Below are positions 16,512-26,820 of a stretch of DNA of 64,000 nucleotides, in pieces; position 1 is the stretch's first letter, and the number at the start of each line of letters is the position of its first letter. The stretch spans positions 7,716 through 71,715 of the IMG/VR virus record IMGVR_UViG_3300028906_000001; one strand, given 5' to 3'. Position numbers and translations under genes: made by a program. Under the pieces are notes generated by a model. The model did no database searches and had not been told where the DNA came from. It was given only the letters and a program-made list of their open reading frames with translations. Origin of the DNA: a virus (lineage: Duplodnaviria; Caudoviricetes).

Positions 16512-19500
16512 GTGGTTGTCAAGTCGGTCGAGGTGGACATCAGCGTCAGGGGAGACGCTGACGCCAAGGCCAAACTCGACGCCGTAGACGCCCGCGCGGA
16601 GGCCCTGAAGAAGTCGTTCCCCGCATTCGCGCTCAAGATCGACTCGGCCGCGGCGTCGGAGAAGCTGAAGGTCTTCCGTGCCGAGATGGCCGACGCGGCG
16701 AAAGACCGCACCGCGAACATCAAGGTCAAGGTCGACGACTCGGCACTGCAGAAGCTGCAGAAGTCCGTCGACGGCCTGAAAGACAAAGGCGGCCCGTCGT
16801 TCCTGGGGCCGCTGCTGGCGCTCACCCCCGCCATCGGCACCCTGACCGGGGTGGTCACGGGCGCCGGGGTCGCGCTGGCGGGGACGTTCGCCGCGGGGGG
16901 CGCGGCACTGGGCGCGTTCGGCGCCATCGCCGTGCCCGTCCTGACCAGCGCGAAGACAGCCGCCGCGGCCGTCCAGAAAGCCCAGGACACCTACACGGCC
17001 TCCGTCGACGCGGGCACCAAGAAGGCCACCGCGTACGCGACCGAGCAGAAGGCCATCGGCGTGGCCTACGCGGAACTGTCCCCCGCGCAGATCGCCCTGT
17101 CCAAGCAGCTCGGGGACATGGGGAACGCGTGGCAGGCCGTGAAAGCCGCGCAGACCCCCGTCGTCGCCGGGGCGCTCCAGCCGTGGCTCCAGTCCGTCAC
17201 CGACCTGACGAAGAACCTGGCGCCCATCATCGCGAAGGTGTCCCCGGTCATCCAGGGTCTCGGCACCCAGTTCAGCGACCTGATCGACTCCCCGGAGTTC
17301 AAGGCGTTCCGGGACTTCATCGCGAACACCGGCTCCAACGCGGTCCTGGCCGGCGGCGGCACGCTGATCGACTTCATCGACGCGTTCATCACGCTCCTGC
17401 CGAAATTCAACCCGCTGATCCAGGAGGCGGTCGGCTGGATCGCGGCCCTGGGGCCCGCCGCGCTCAAGTGGTCCGCCAGCAAGAAAGCCGCCGACGACAT
17501 CCAGGCTTTCATGCAGTTCTTCACCGCGAACGGCCCCGCCGCCGGGGAGTTCCTGAAGAACGTCGGCGGCGCACTCAAGGCCCTCGCGCCGGGCCTGACC
17601 TCCGGGGGCGCCACCGAGCTGCAGGTCCTCTCAGATTTCTTCGGGTGGGTCGCGAAGCTGCCCCCGTCGGTCGCGAAGCCGCTGGCCGAGGTGGCCGGGG
17701 TGCTGCTGACCCTGAACAAGCTCGGGGTGTTCTCCGTCGGGGTCAAGATCGTCGGCGCGACGGCCGGGTGGATCACCAGGCTGCTCGGCGGCGCGACGGT
17801 GGACCTGGGCGCGGCGGGCATGCAGAAAGCCGGCGTCACGATGGCCGGCGCGGCGGTCGCGATGCAGAAGGCCGCCGACACGATGGCCGGCGCCGGCGCC
17901 GCGGAAGTGACCGCCGGGGGCGAGCAGGCCGCCGCGGGCACCGAGGAAGTAGCGGCCGGCGGCCTCATGGCCACCGGGCTGGGCGGCGCGCTGACCGCCG
18001 CACTCCCCGCGCTCGGGGCGCTGACGCTCGCCCTCGTCGCCTATGAGGCCCTCAAGTCGGGCAGCAGCATCCTGAACTACTTCAAGCCCGGCGGCGGCGC
18101 GGCCCCGGCGCTGAACCCCGGCGGGACGACACCCGGCGCGTTCACCACCGTCGTCCCGCAGAGCGTCGCCGCCGCCGCCGCCGCGCAGAACGCCACGGCT
18201 GCGGCCAGCCCGCAGGGCCAGGGCACCGCCAACCTGACGGCCCAGGGGAAGCTCGTCGAGGCGTACGCCCTCAACCTTCAGTCGCTGGACCAGGTGTTCA
18301 CCGCCCAGGCCAAGACCGCCGCGACCGCCCAGTCGGCGCTGGACACCTACACCGCGTCGGTGAAGGCCAGCGGGACGCAATCCCAGGCGTCCAGGTCGGA
18401 CGCGGCACTGCTTGTCTCCTGGCTGGAAGGGGTCGGCGTCAGCTCCGGGAAAGCCCGGGCCGACGTCGCCGCGTACACCACCGCGATCGCGCAGAACGGG
18501 ATCACGTCCAGCCAGGCGCAGGCCGCGCGGCTGAAGGTGGTCTCCGACATCCTCGCCGCGAGCAGCAACGCCCGGCAGGGGCAGCTGGACCTGAGCAGGT
18601 ACACCGCCGCCGTGCAGGACGACGGCGCCAAGTCGCAGGCCGCCCAGTCGGCGCGGGCCCAGCTGATCAAGGACCTGGAGAACACCGGGCTGAACGCGCA
18701 GGACGCCACCTCGTGGGTCGACGGGCTCGGCACGTCGGTGAAGAACCTGCCGGACAGCAAGACCATCAAGATCACGATGGACGGCTCGGGCCTGTACACC
18801 ATCACCGGGTCCGTCATCGCCGCCAGCCAGGGCAAAGGCGGCAGCGGCAACGCGGCGGGCGGCCTGGCGGCGGGCGGGTTCATCACGGGCGGCATTCCCG
18901 GCCGGGACTCCGTGCTGATCAGGGCGATGCCGGGGGAGCTCGTCGTCCCGGTGCACCTGGTGGCGGCCGGCGCGGTCGACCACCTGCGCGGGATGCTGCC
19001 CGGGTTCGCGTCCGGCGGGACGGTCAGCGGGACGCTGACCCCCGGCTTCGTCTCCGGCATGTCCGGCGCGTTCACCCAGGACATGACCGACGCGATGGTC
19101 ACCGCGATGCGGGCTGCCATCAAGGCGGCGGCGGCGACAGCGGCCGCGGCCAGCGCCGGGGGCGCCAGCGCCGGCATGGGCGGCGTATCGAACGCCAGCG
19201 GCGTCGCGGCCCTCAAATCAGCGGCGGCCAAGCACGGCTGGACCAGCGCCGCCGAGTGGGCCGCGCTGAACAATGTGGAGATGCGCGAGGCCGGCTACTC
19301 GCTGACCGCCAAGAACCCCGGCAGCGGGGCCTACGGCATGGCCCAGTTCATCAACGGGCCGTCCGAGTACGCCCAGTACGGCGGCAACGCGACCACCTAC
19401 GCAGGGCAGGCCACGGCGATGGCCAACTACATCGCGCAGCGGTACGGCGACCCGATCGCCGCGTGGGCGCACGAGCAGGCCTACGGCTGGTACCGGCACG

Positions 19501-20459
19501 GCGGACTGATCCCCGGGTACGCGTCCGGGGGGACCGTCGCCAGCCAGGGCGCGGCGTACCTGAAGGGGTGGCGCAAGTCCGCCGGGACGGTCAACGCGCA
19601 GATTGATCACTGGACCCACGAGCAGCACCTCGACTCGATCCTGGCCGGGGCCGCAGGGCTGAGCAAGACCCTGCACGCGAAGTACGCGAAGGCGACAGCC
19701 GCGGACAAGAAGACCCTCGCGGGGCTGACCTCCGAGCGGACGGTCATGCGGGACTGGCGGACCCAGCTGGGCACCAGCGACACGTCGCTGACCGCGTGGA
19801 TCGGCGCGGCGGGGAAGATCCCGTCGCTGAAAGCGAACGTGGCCGCGTGGAAGAAGCAGCTCGCCGGCCAGAAGAAGACGATCGGGAACATCTCGGCGAT
19901 GCTGGGCCTGACCGGCGCGCAGATCGCCGCGGACGACGCGGCGGCGAAGGCGGCGGCCGCGGCTGCCGTGGCAGCAGCGGCCACGGCGGCGGCGGCGAGC
20001 GCGTCCGGCGGCGCCACGGCCGGGACCACGGCCGCGTCGGCGGCCGCCACGACGGCCGCTGCGGTGCCGCTCACCCCCGCGGCGGCCCTGTCGCTGCTCA
20101 CGGGCGGCACCGGGACCGCGCCCGCGGCGCCCGGCGCGTTCCCCGCGCTGGCGTCCGGGGCGCTCCCCTGGTCCGGCTGGTCCGGCGCGTCCGGCGGTCA
20201 GGCGTTCCCCTGGCCCGGCTGGGGTGACGGTCAGGGGCAGCCGGGTACGGGCGCTCCCGGCGGCGGCGCGGGCGGCGGCGGCGGAGGGGGCGGCGGAGGG
20301 GGCGCGGACGGGCTGCTCGCCGAGCTGCGGGCGCTGCGCTCGGAAATCCGGAACCTGACCGGCGTCGCCGCAGCCATTCCGCAGAAGACCGGCCAGCACG
20401 TCGGGGGGGCCATCAACGGCGCGGCGGCGGCCGGGTCGTTCAGGAACCGCTACCCGTGA
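16512..20459 (+). CDS. Tape measure protein with a lytic transglycosylase-like domain
   Basis: 1315 aa, Ala-rich helical repeats, A.GG(F/T)V motifs. EAGYSLTAKNPGSGAYGMAQF...YIAQRYGDP..AWAH...GWY at ~19.2-19.5 kb. Confidence 0.93.
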   Translation: MVVKSVEVDISVRGDADAKAKLDAVDARAEALKKSFPAFALKIDSAAASEKLKVFRAEMADAAKDRTANIKVKVDDSALQKLQKSVDGLKDKGGPSFLGPLLALTPAIGTLTGVVTGAGVALAGTFAAGGAALGAFGAIAVPVLTSAKTAAAAVQKAQDTYTASVDAGTKKATAYATEQKAIGVAYAELSPAQIALSKQLGDMGNAWQAVKAAQTPVVAGALQPWLQSVTDLTKNLAPIIAKVSPVIQGLGTQFSDLIDSPEFKAFRDFIANTGSNAVLAGGGTLIDFIDAFITLLPKFNPLIQEAVGWIAALGPAALKWSASKKAADDIQAFMQFFTANGPAAGEFLKNVGGALKALAPGLTSGGATELQVLSDFFGWVAKLPPSVAKPLAEVAGVLLTLNKLGVFSVGVKIVGATAGWITRLLGGATVDLGAAGMQKAGVTMAGAAVAMQKAADTMAGAGAAEVTAGGEQAAAGTEEVAAGGLMATGLGGALTAALPALGALTLALVAYEALKSGSSILNYFKPGGGAAPALNPGGTTPGAFTTVVPQSVAAAAAAQNATAAASPQGQGTANLTAQGKLVEAYALNLQSLDQVFTAQAKTAATAQSALDTYTASVKASGTQSQASRSDAALLVSWLEGVGVSSGKARADVAAYTTAIAQNGITSSQAQAARLKVVSDILAASSNARQGQLDLSRYTAAVQDDGAKSQAAQSARAQLIKDLENTGLNAQDATSWVDGLGTSVKNLPDSKTIKITMDGSGLYTITGSVIAASQGKGGSGNAAGGLAAGGFITGGIPGRDSVLIRAMPGELVVPVHLVAAGAVDHLRGMLPGFASGGTVSGTLTPGFVSGMSGAFTQDMTDAMVTAMRAAIKAAAATAAAASAGGASAGMGGVSNASGVAALKSAAAKHGWTSAAEWAALNNVEMREAGYSLTAKNPGSGAYGMAQFINGPSEYAQYGGNATTYAGQATAMANYIAQRYGDPIAAWAHEQAYGWYRHGGLIPGYASGGTVASQGAAYLKGWRKSAGTVNAQIDHWTHEQHLDSILAGAAGLSKTLHAKYAKATAADKKTLAGLTSERTVMRDWRTQLGTSDTSLTAWIGAAGKIPSLKANVAAWKKQLAGQKKTIGNISAMLGLTGAQIAADDAAAKAAAAAAVAAAATAAAASASGGATAGTTAASAAATTAAAVPLTPAAALSLLTGGTGTAPAAPGAFPALASGALPWSGWSGASGGQAFPWPGWGDGQGQPGTGAPGGGAGGGGGGGGGGGADGLLAELRALRSEIRNLTGVAAAIPQKTGQHVGGAINGAAAAGSFRNRYP

Positions 20460-20640
20460 CGGTGATGGACGCCGGACGGGAGAGCGCGCCGAACCGGCTA
20501 CTCACGCTCCTGCCCGGTGGTGCACTACCGGCTTAAGCTCTCCGGGCGGCGGGGACTAGTACGTCCCGTCCGGGCATCCGGCACCCATGTTAGCGACCTC
20601 CGGAGGAGCCCGTGACGACTGACCCGCGCGGGGGCCGGCG

Positions 20641-23600
20641 ATGACGAGCAGCCTCGTGCTCGGGCAGTCCATTGAGCTCCTCGGCGCCGAGGGGGGCGTC
20701 CCGTCGCTCATCCCCGCGTGCGCCGGGGCGATCTTCCTGCTCGCCGACGACGGGTCATACGACCTGGGCGCCGCCCAGCCCACCGCCGACTTCGTCGCCT
20801 CGCTGATCCTCGACGGGGAACGGCCGTTCGGGCGGCGGGCCAGCAACCGGACCATCACCCTGCCGGTCAAGATCGTCGCGCCGGCCGGGAACCTGCAGCT
20901 GCTCGCCGCCGCCCGCGAAGTCCTCGGGCAGGTCACCGACCAGGACGTGTGGACCATCACCTGGACCCGCGACCCCGGTACCGGGACGCGGCTGCCGCTG
21001 GTCCTGGACTGCTTCCGCGCGCAGCCGTCCAAGCCGGTGTACGCGCCGCTCAACGAGGCGCAGGGCGTCATGTACGTCACGCTGACCATCCCCGCGCTGC
21101 CCTACGGCCGGTCCGACGTCCAGTACACCCCGGCGTTCACCGGCGCGGTCCCGCAGACCCCCACCCCGCCGCCGCCGCCCGCGCCGGTCATCCTCGACAG
21201 CTTCGCCACCATCTCCGGGCCGCAGTTCAGCCAGTCGACCCAGTGCGCCGTCGGGCCGTTCACCGCCTGCTGGGACCCCGACAGCTTCGGCGACCCGGGC
21301 GGGCAGGTGACGCCGCTGACCTACAGCGCGAAGTTCACGTCGCCGCTGAACCTGACGTCGATGACGGCGCTGCAGCTCTGGTTCGGCCTCGGGTCACGCT
21401 GGTACCCGCAGCTGGAGTACCCCGGCCGGGTCCACGGCGTCAGCGTGCAGGTCACCCTGACCGACACCAGCGGCGCGAGCATCTCGATGTCGCGCGGCAA
21501 CCTGCGGCTGCCCGTCACCCCCGTCGCGCAGGGCCCCGTGTTCACCCGGATCAGCGTCCCGATGCCGGCCGCCAGCCCTGTATTTCTGTACAACTCGGTG
21601 GCGTCGTACACGCTGACCTGCGTCAACCGGCAGGACCGGGGCATCCCCCGGCTGTCCTGGTGCACCGCCTACCTCGACGCGCTGACCGCTGTGCCGTCCA
21701 CCCAGACCGTCACGCCGGTGACCCGCGGGAACCTGTACACCCTGTACGGGCTGCTCGGGACGGCCAGGGCGCCGGCCAGCCTGTCCTTCGCGCAGCCGCC
21801 CACCGCGGGGACGCCGGCGACGATCACGGCCACCGGGGCAGGCACCTACACCGTCCCGGCGCTGACCGCGTGGCTGAAGGTCGAGGCGTGGGCGGCGGGC
21901 GGCGCCGGCGCCGGGGAGACCGGGACCGGGGTCGGCGGCGGTGGGGGCGCCGGCGAGTACGCGCGTGAGGACATCTTCCCGTGCGTGCCCGGCCAGGTCA
22001 TCCCGTACACCGTCGGGACCGGCGGCACGCAGGGGGCGTCCCCCGCCGACGGCGGCAACACCACGTTCGGGCCCGGGCCGTCCGGGCCGCTGGCCGTCCT
22101 GGCCGGCGGCGGGAAGTCCGCGCTGCAGAACTCGGTCACGGGCGCCCTGCCGGGGTCCGGGTCGGTGAACTCGGTGCACTTCCCGGGCGGCCAGGGGCGC
22201 ACCGCGTCCGGGTCGGTCGGCGGCGGGGGCGGTTCCTCCGGGGGCACCTCCAGCCCGGGACAGACGCCGATGGGCACCGCGGCGGTGGTCATCACGGCCA
22301 CGGGCACGACCGTGTGGGTCGCCCCGGCCGGCGTCACCCAGGTCTACGCGGAATGCTGGGGGGGCGGCGCGTCCGGCGCCACGGGTAACTCCTCCAGCAA
22401 TAACGGCGGCGGGGGTGGCGGCGGCGAATATGCGGCTGCTTTTATCAACGTGACCCCGGGGAACAGCTACAACGCCGTCGTCGGGACCGGGGGCGCAGCC
22501 CAGACCGTCTCGGCGTCGAACGGGAACAACGGCGTCGCGTCCGGTTTCACCGGGGACAGCGCGTCGGTCACCGCGAACCCGGGGCAGGGCGGCCTGACCC
22601 GGGTGGAATGGCAGTCCGGCGGCCAGGGCAGCGGCGGGTCGGGGTCCGGTGCCGCGGTGCATTTCAGCGGCGGACGGGGCGGACCGGCGAACCCGTACGG
22701 CGGCGGCGGCGGGTCCTCGGCCGGGTCGGGCGTGTCAGGGAACGCCGGCGACGGCTACGGCGACGGTGCCCCGGCCCCCCCGGACGGCGGCGGCGGCGGC
22801 GGCGCGAACGCGGCCGGGCAGGCTCCCGGCGGCGGCGGCGGCGGATCCCAGACGGCCACGGCGTCCGGCGCGGGCGCGGCCGGGCAGGTCAGGCTGACGT
22901 ACCCGGGCGGGGCGCCGACGAACAACGGGGCGGCGGCCGTGACCGGAGGGGGCGCGGGCGGCGCGGGCGGAGGCTCGGCCAACACGCCGGGCTCGGCCGG
23001 ATCGCAGCCCGGCGGCGGCGGTGGGGGTGCCGACTCGGCGGGGACCGCTGAGGCCGGCGGCGCGGGCGGCGCGGGACAGCTCAAGATCACCCCGTTCAGC
23101 AGCGCCGCGTTCAAGAACCTGATCGTGCACCGGCCGCCACTCGGGGCACTCAAGACATTCCAGCCGCTCGTCTCGGTCGGCGGCGGCGGCGACGCGCCGG
23201 ACGGCACGCACGAATACCGGATGCCGCAGCCGATCACCGGGCTCAACGCCGACTTCGGCGGCACCTACACCATCTACCTGATCGCGGCGTCGCTGGCCGG
23301 CGGGAGCCGGAACATCACGGTCTCCGTCAACCAGTACGAGTTCAGCGGCGGACCGAAGTACACCGCGACCACCCTGCCGGTCACCCTCACCGCGGCGCAG
23401 GTGGTCAACGGCGTCATCACCGCGGGCGTGCTCACGCTCCCGGTCAAGGCCGTCGCGGCGGACAACACCGGCGGCTACTACACGGTCTCGGTGATGGACA
23501 GCAACAGCGCCGACCGGTTCTACGACGCGATCTTCCTCGACACGATGGGCCAGCTGGTCCATGTCAACGAGCCGGTCCAGGGTTACAGCACCTACTTCAT

Positions 23601-23823
23601 CGACGAACCGCAGCCGAACGTGTCCGTGCAGTACGTGCTCGGCTCCAACGGCGGCCGTCCCGACGCCATCGGCGTGCTGGACAACACGATCCTGTCCGGG
23701 CCCGCGATCGCGTTGGAACCCGAGGACGGCGACAACGCCCTATTCACCTATAGTGCCGACGGACTGGCCCCGGTCATCTCGGTGTCGTACTGGCCCCGCT
23801 GGCGCTACGACCGGGTCCAGTAG
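20641..23823 (+). CDS. Distal tail / minor tail protein with two glycine-rich domains
   Basis: Follows the tape measure. Two copies of V(E/A)xWxGGxxG...GGGGGEY...V.PG..Y.VG.GG. Confidence 0.75.
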   Translation: MTSSLVLGQSIELLGAEGGVPSLIPACAGAIFLLADDGSYDLGAAQPTADFVASLILDGERPFGRRASNRTITLPVKIVAPAGNLQLLAAAREVLGQVTDQDVWTITWTRDPGTGTRLPLVLDCFRAQPSKPVYAPLNEAQGVMYVTLTIPALPYGRSDVQYTPAFTGAVPQTPTPPPPPAPVILDSFATISGPQFSQSTQCAVGPFTACWDPDSFGDPGGQVTPLTYSAKFTSPLNLTSMTALQLWFGLGSRWYPQLEYPGRVHGVSVQVTLTDTSGASISMSRGNLRLPVTPVAQGPVFTRISVPMPAASPVFLYNSVASYTLTCVNRQDRGIPRLSWCTAYLDALTAVPSTQTVTPVTRGNLYTLYGLLGTARAPASLSFAQPPTAGTPATITATGAGTYTVPALTAWLKVEAWAAGGAGAGETGTGVGGGGGAGEYAREDIFPCVPGQVIPYTVGTGGTQGASPADGGNTTFGPGPSGPLAVLAGGGKSALQNSVTGALPGSGSVNSVHFPGGQGRTASGSVGGGGGSSGGTSSPGQTPMGTAAVVITATGTTVWVAPAGVTQVYAECWGGGASGATGNSSSNNGGGGGGGEYAAAFINVTPGNSYNAVVGTGGAAQTVSASNGNNGVASGFTGDSASVTANPGQGGLTRVEWQSGGQGSGGSGSGAAVHFSGGRGGPANPYGGGGGSSAGSGVSGNAGDGYGDGAPAPPDGGGGGGANAAGQAPGGGGGGSQTATASGAGAAGQVRLTYPGGAPTNNGAAAVTGGGAGGAGGGSANTPGSAGSQPGGGGGGADSAGTAEAGGAGGAGQLKITPFSSAAFKNLIVHRPPLGALKTFQPLVSVGGGGDAPDGTHEYRMPQPITGLNADFGGTYTIYLIAASLAGGSRNITVSVNQYEFSGGPKYTATTLPVTLTAAQVVNGVITAGVLTLPVKAVAADNTGGYYTVSVMDSNSADRFYDAIFLDTMGQLVHVNEPVQGYSTYFIDEPQPNVSVQYVLGSNGGRPDAIGVLDNTILSGPAIALEPEDGDNALFTYSADGLAPVISVSYWPRWRYDRVQ

Positions 23824-23829
23824 GCGCCG

Positions 23830-25995
23830 ATGGCACCCGGCCTCGTCCAGTCCGCATCGACCGGGGGTGCCTCTGGCACGACCCTCACGGTCACGCTCGG
23901 CGCTGCCACGACCGCAGGCAACACCCTGGTCGTCTGCGTCGGGACGGTCGACGGCTCCGACCCGATTGTGTCGGCGGTCAAGCTCGGCGGCTCGGCCGGC
24001 AACTTCGCGAAGGCTGTCGCCCACGACGGCGCGGCGGATAGCTGCGAGATCTGGTACGACTTCAACTGCGCGGGCGGCCAGACCTCCGTCGTCATCACCT
24101 TTACCGGAGACAGCGGGGGCAGTCCCAGCACCGCTGCCGTCGTCATGGAATGGTCCGGGATGCTGACGACGGCATCGGCCGATAAGACCAATTTCGCTGA
24201 CAGTTTTTCCACCTCATGGAGCTCGGGTTCCTCCGGGACGCTCAGCCAGGCCGGTGAACTGCTCATCGGCGCGGCCGCGATACAGGCAGCGGGGGTTACG
24301 CTGACCCCCGCCAGTCCGTGGACGGCCCTTTCTGCTGTCTCCGGTACCGGTGGCGACGCGATAAAGCTCCAGGTCAGCTATCAGGTCGTGTCAGCGGCGA
24401 CGGCTCAGGCCTACACCGGCACCATATCGTCGAACAGCGCGTGGAATGCCCTGGTCGCGACGTTCAAAGCCGCCACCAGCACCACGCACTCCGGCACCGC
24501 GACCCTGACCGGATCCGGGACGCTGACCGGGACCGGCGCGTTCGGCGGGACCGCGGCGCTATCCGGGTCGGGCACGCTGGCCTGGTCCGGGTCGCGGATC
24601 CTCAAGGCCACCGTCCTGACCGGGTCCGGCACGCTGACCGGCACGGTCATCGGGACGATCAGCGAGGCCGTCGCCCTGGACGGCGAAGGCACCCTCCAGG
24701 GCGCGGCCGTCGGCACCGTGTTCGAGAGCGGCGCCCTGTCCGGGTCCGGCACGCTGTCCGTGCCCGGCGTGAAGCTGGGATTCCAGGCCGCGCTGAGCGG
24801 CACCGGGACGCTGTTCGTCATCGGGACCGGCGGCACCGTCCAGGCCAGCGCCGGGGCGTCCGCGCCGTACGCCTACCCCGGCACCAGCCAGGTCGCCGTC
24901 GCCGCGCCCGGATCCCCGTACTGGCAGTACCTCGGCACGCTCGGCGTCGTCACCGCGCTCACCTACTCCTTCACCTGCCCCGGCGGCGCCGACCAGCTCA
25001 CAGCCACCGTCATGGTCCCCGCGTCCTACCGGAATCAGATGCTCAACCCCGGCTGGCAGGTCCGCGTCACCCGCGGCGGCCACGTCGTGTGGACCGGGAA
25101 ACTGGACGAGCCGGTGCCCACCGCGGCCGGGTGGACGCTCACCGCCGTCGGCGACGGGAACCGCGGCACCGACTTCCGGGCCGTGTTCAGCGGCACCTGG
25201 CCGGCGGGGATACCCGACGACCCGGTCAACGAGGCGATCGCCCGGGGGCTGCCGTGGGTCAACGCGGGCATCGGGTCGCCGGCCGGGATGTGGCTCGGGC
25301 AGGCGCAGGATTCCGGGTCCATGACCGTCACCGACCTGCTCAACCTGCTCTGCACCAGGGGCGGACTGACGTGGTACGCGAACAGCCAGCCGGGAGGCCG
25401 GCCCGGCACCGACCTGTCCGTGTTCCCGCTGCCCACGACGGTGAACCGGCTGCTGGTCGTCACCGACCCGGCACCGCGGACGCTTGGCGGGGACATCAAC
25501 ACGCTGTACCTGCGGTACGAGATCGACGACGGGGTGGCCAGCTCCACCTCGGCCACGTACGGGCTGACCAGCGTGCAGAACGCGGCCTCGGTCGCGGCGC
25601 ACGGCGTCATCGAGGACTACATGGACCTGTCCAGCGCCGGGGTCATGCCCGCTATCACCGCGCAGACGGTCGGGAATTACGTGCTCCAGAACTACCAGCG
25701 CGCCTCCTTTGCCGGGCCGTTCACCGGCAGCTACGGGCAGCTGCTCAACGCCGGGGGCGTGCCGGTTGACCCGGGGACCGACCAGGCCGGGACCGTGATG
25801 CGGGCCATCCTCACTGACTACGGGGCGGGCGGCGAGGTCAGCATGGCACCCGTCACGTGGCTTACGGGTGCCTACCTGTGGGACGACTTCGCGCAGAAGT
25901 TCACCGTCACGCCGTACCAGAACCTGGACCAGTCGCTGTCCGGGCTGCTGTCGATGGCGGGCACCGTGCTCACGCCGGTCACCGTGGTGGCATGA
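23830..25995 (+). CDS. Minor tail protein (surface domain, GSGTL repeats, tail-tip/baseplate-hub-like domain)
   Basis: About 7 (L)xGxGTL repeats, then VTALTYSF..PGG...VVWTGKLDEP. Confidence 0.72.
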   Translation: MAPGLVQSASTGGASGTTLTVTLGAATTAGNTLVVCVGTVDGSDPIVSAVKLGGSAGNFAKAVAHDGAADSCEIWYDFNCAGGQTSVVITFTGDSGGSPSTAAVVMEWSGMLTTASADKTNFADSFSTSWSSGSSGTLSQAGELLIGAAAIQAAGVTLTPASPWTALSAVSGTGGDAIKLQVSYQVVSAATAQAYTGTISSNSAWNALVATFKAATSTTHSGTATLTGSGTLTGTGAFGGTAALSGSGTLAWSGSRILKATVLTGSGTLTGTVIGTISEAVALDGEGTLQGAAVGTVFESGALSGSGTLSVPGVKLGFQAALSGTGTLFVIGTGGTVQASAGASAPYAYPGTSQVAVAAPGSPYWQYLGTLGVVTALTYSFTCPGGADQLTATVMVPASYRNQMLNPGWQVRVTRGGHVVWTGKLDEPVPTAAGWTLTAVGDGNRGTDFRAVFSGTWPAGIPDDPVNEAIARGLPWVNAGIGSPAGMWLGQAQDSGSMTVTDLLNLLCTRGGLTWYANSQPGGRPGTDLSVFPLPTTVNRLLVVTDPAPRTLGGDINTLYLRYEIDDGVASSTSATYGLTSVQNAASVAAHGVIEDYMDLSSAGVMPAITAQTVGNYVLQNYQRASFAGPFTGSYGQLLNAGGVPVDPGTDQAGTVMRAILTDYGAGGEVSMAPVTWLTGAYLWDDFAQKFTVTPYQNLDQSLSGLLSMAGTVLTPVTVVA

Positions 25996-25998
25996 GGC

Positions 25999-26769
25999 CT
26001 ACTGAGCCGCGTGCCAGGTGTCGGTGAACGCCGTTCCCGCGCGGACCGGGCCGGGGGCCGTGAGCGTGACGCCGCCGCGGACCAGGTCGACCGGGTAGAC
26101 GGTCCACAGCCTGTTACTGGCCATGCCGCCGCGGATGCCGTTGCGGCTGGTGACGCGGATCGAGGTGAAGGTGCCGGTCCCGAAGTCGGCCAGCGGCAGG
26201 TTCGCGCCCGCGTTGGGTGCCTCCATGATGACCTCGGCGCTGGCGTTGTCGCACTGGATGTGCGCCGGGCATGGCTGGCTCGCGGCGATGGCCGTGCCGG
26301 TGGCGTGGTCCTCGAGCGCGAGCTGCCACCGGTTCGCCGCGGCGTCGTAGTAGACGCTGGCGGTGATCAGGTCGCCGGGGTTCACGCCGTAAGAGGTCCG
26401 GGCCGCGTTGTAAGCGACGACAGGGGCGTCCGGGTACATCTGGTACCAGGCGAAATAGCTGGGCTGCCCGTTCGTGCACACGCTGGCGGTGCCCACCTGC
26501 TCGACACTGCCGCTGGTCTCGCCGTCCAGGCCCACCCACGCTTCGGCCCACGCGACGGGCGGCGACTTCGCGCAGTCGACCGCCGGGAGTCTCCACGTCG
26601 CCGCGACGTAGCGGAACTTGCAGGTGACGCACGCCCCGGCGACGTACCCGGACCAGCTGGGGCTGCTCAGCGTCCGCTGAGCCCCGGCTGGCGCGGCGCC
26701 CGCGGATCCGCTGAGGGCCAGGGCGAGCAGGACAGCCGCGATGACGGCGCCGGACCGGGTGCGTTTCAC
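25999..26769 (-). CDS. Secreted G1-family (eqolisin) glutamic peptidase, antisense moron
   Basis: Signal peptide, SPSWSGY, AWVGLDG, EQVGT (catalytic Q), AWY..YP, V.PGD.I.ASV, SAEVIMEAP (catalytic E), LADFG...F. Confidence 0.88.
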   Translation of the reverse strand: MKRTRSGAVIAAVLLALALSGSAGAAPAGAQRTLSSPSWSGYVAGACVTCKFRYVAATWRLPAVDCAKSPPVAWAEAWVGLDGETSGSVEQVGTASVCTNGQPSYFAWYQMYPDAPVVAYNAARTSYGVNPGDLITASVYYDAAANRWQLALEDHATGTAIAASQPCPAHIQCDNASAEVIMEAPNAGANLPLADFGTGTFTSIRVTSRNGIRGGMASNRLWTVYPVDLVRGGVTLTAPGPVRAGTAFTDTWHAAQ

Positions 26770-26820
26770 CCGCCCATCGTCACACAACGGGAGACAGCAG
26801 GAGACAACGGGAGGTATCCG

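Noticed and set aside
20280-20300. Poly-Gly and poly-Ala runs in the tape measure C-terminus as phase-variable repeats
   Set aside because: Mixed-codon, in-frame low-complexity linkers with no pure homopolymer or SSR tract.
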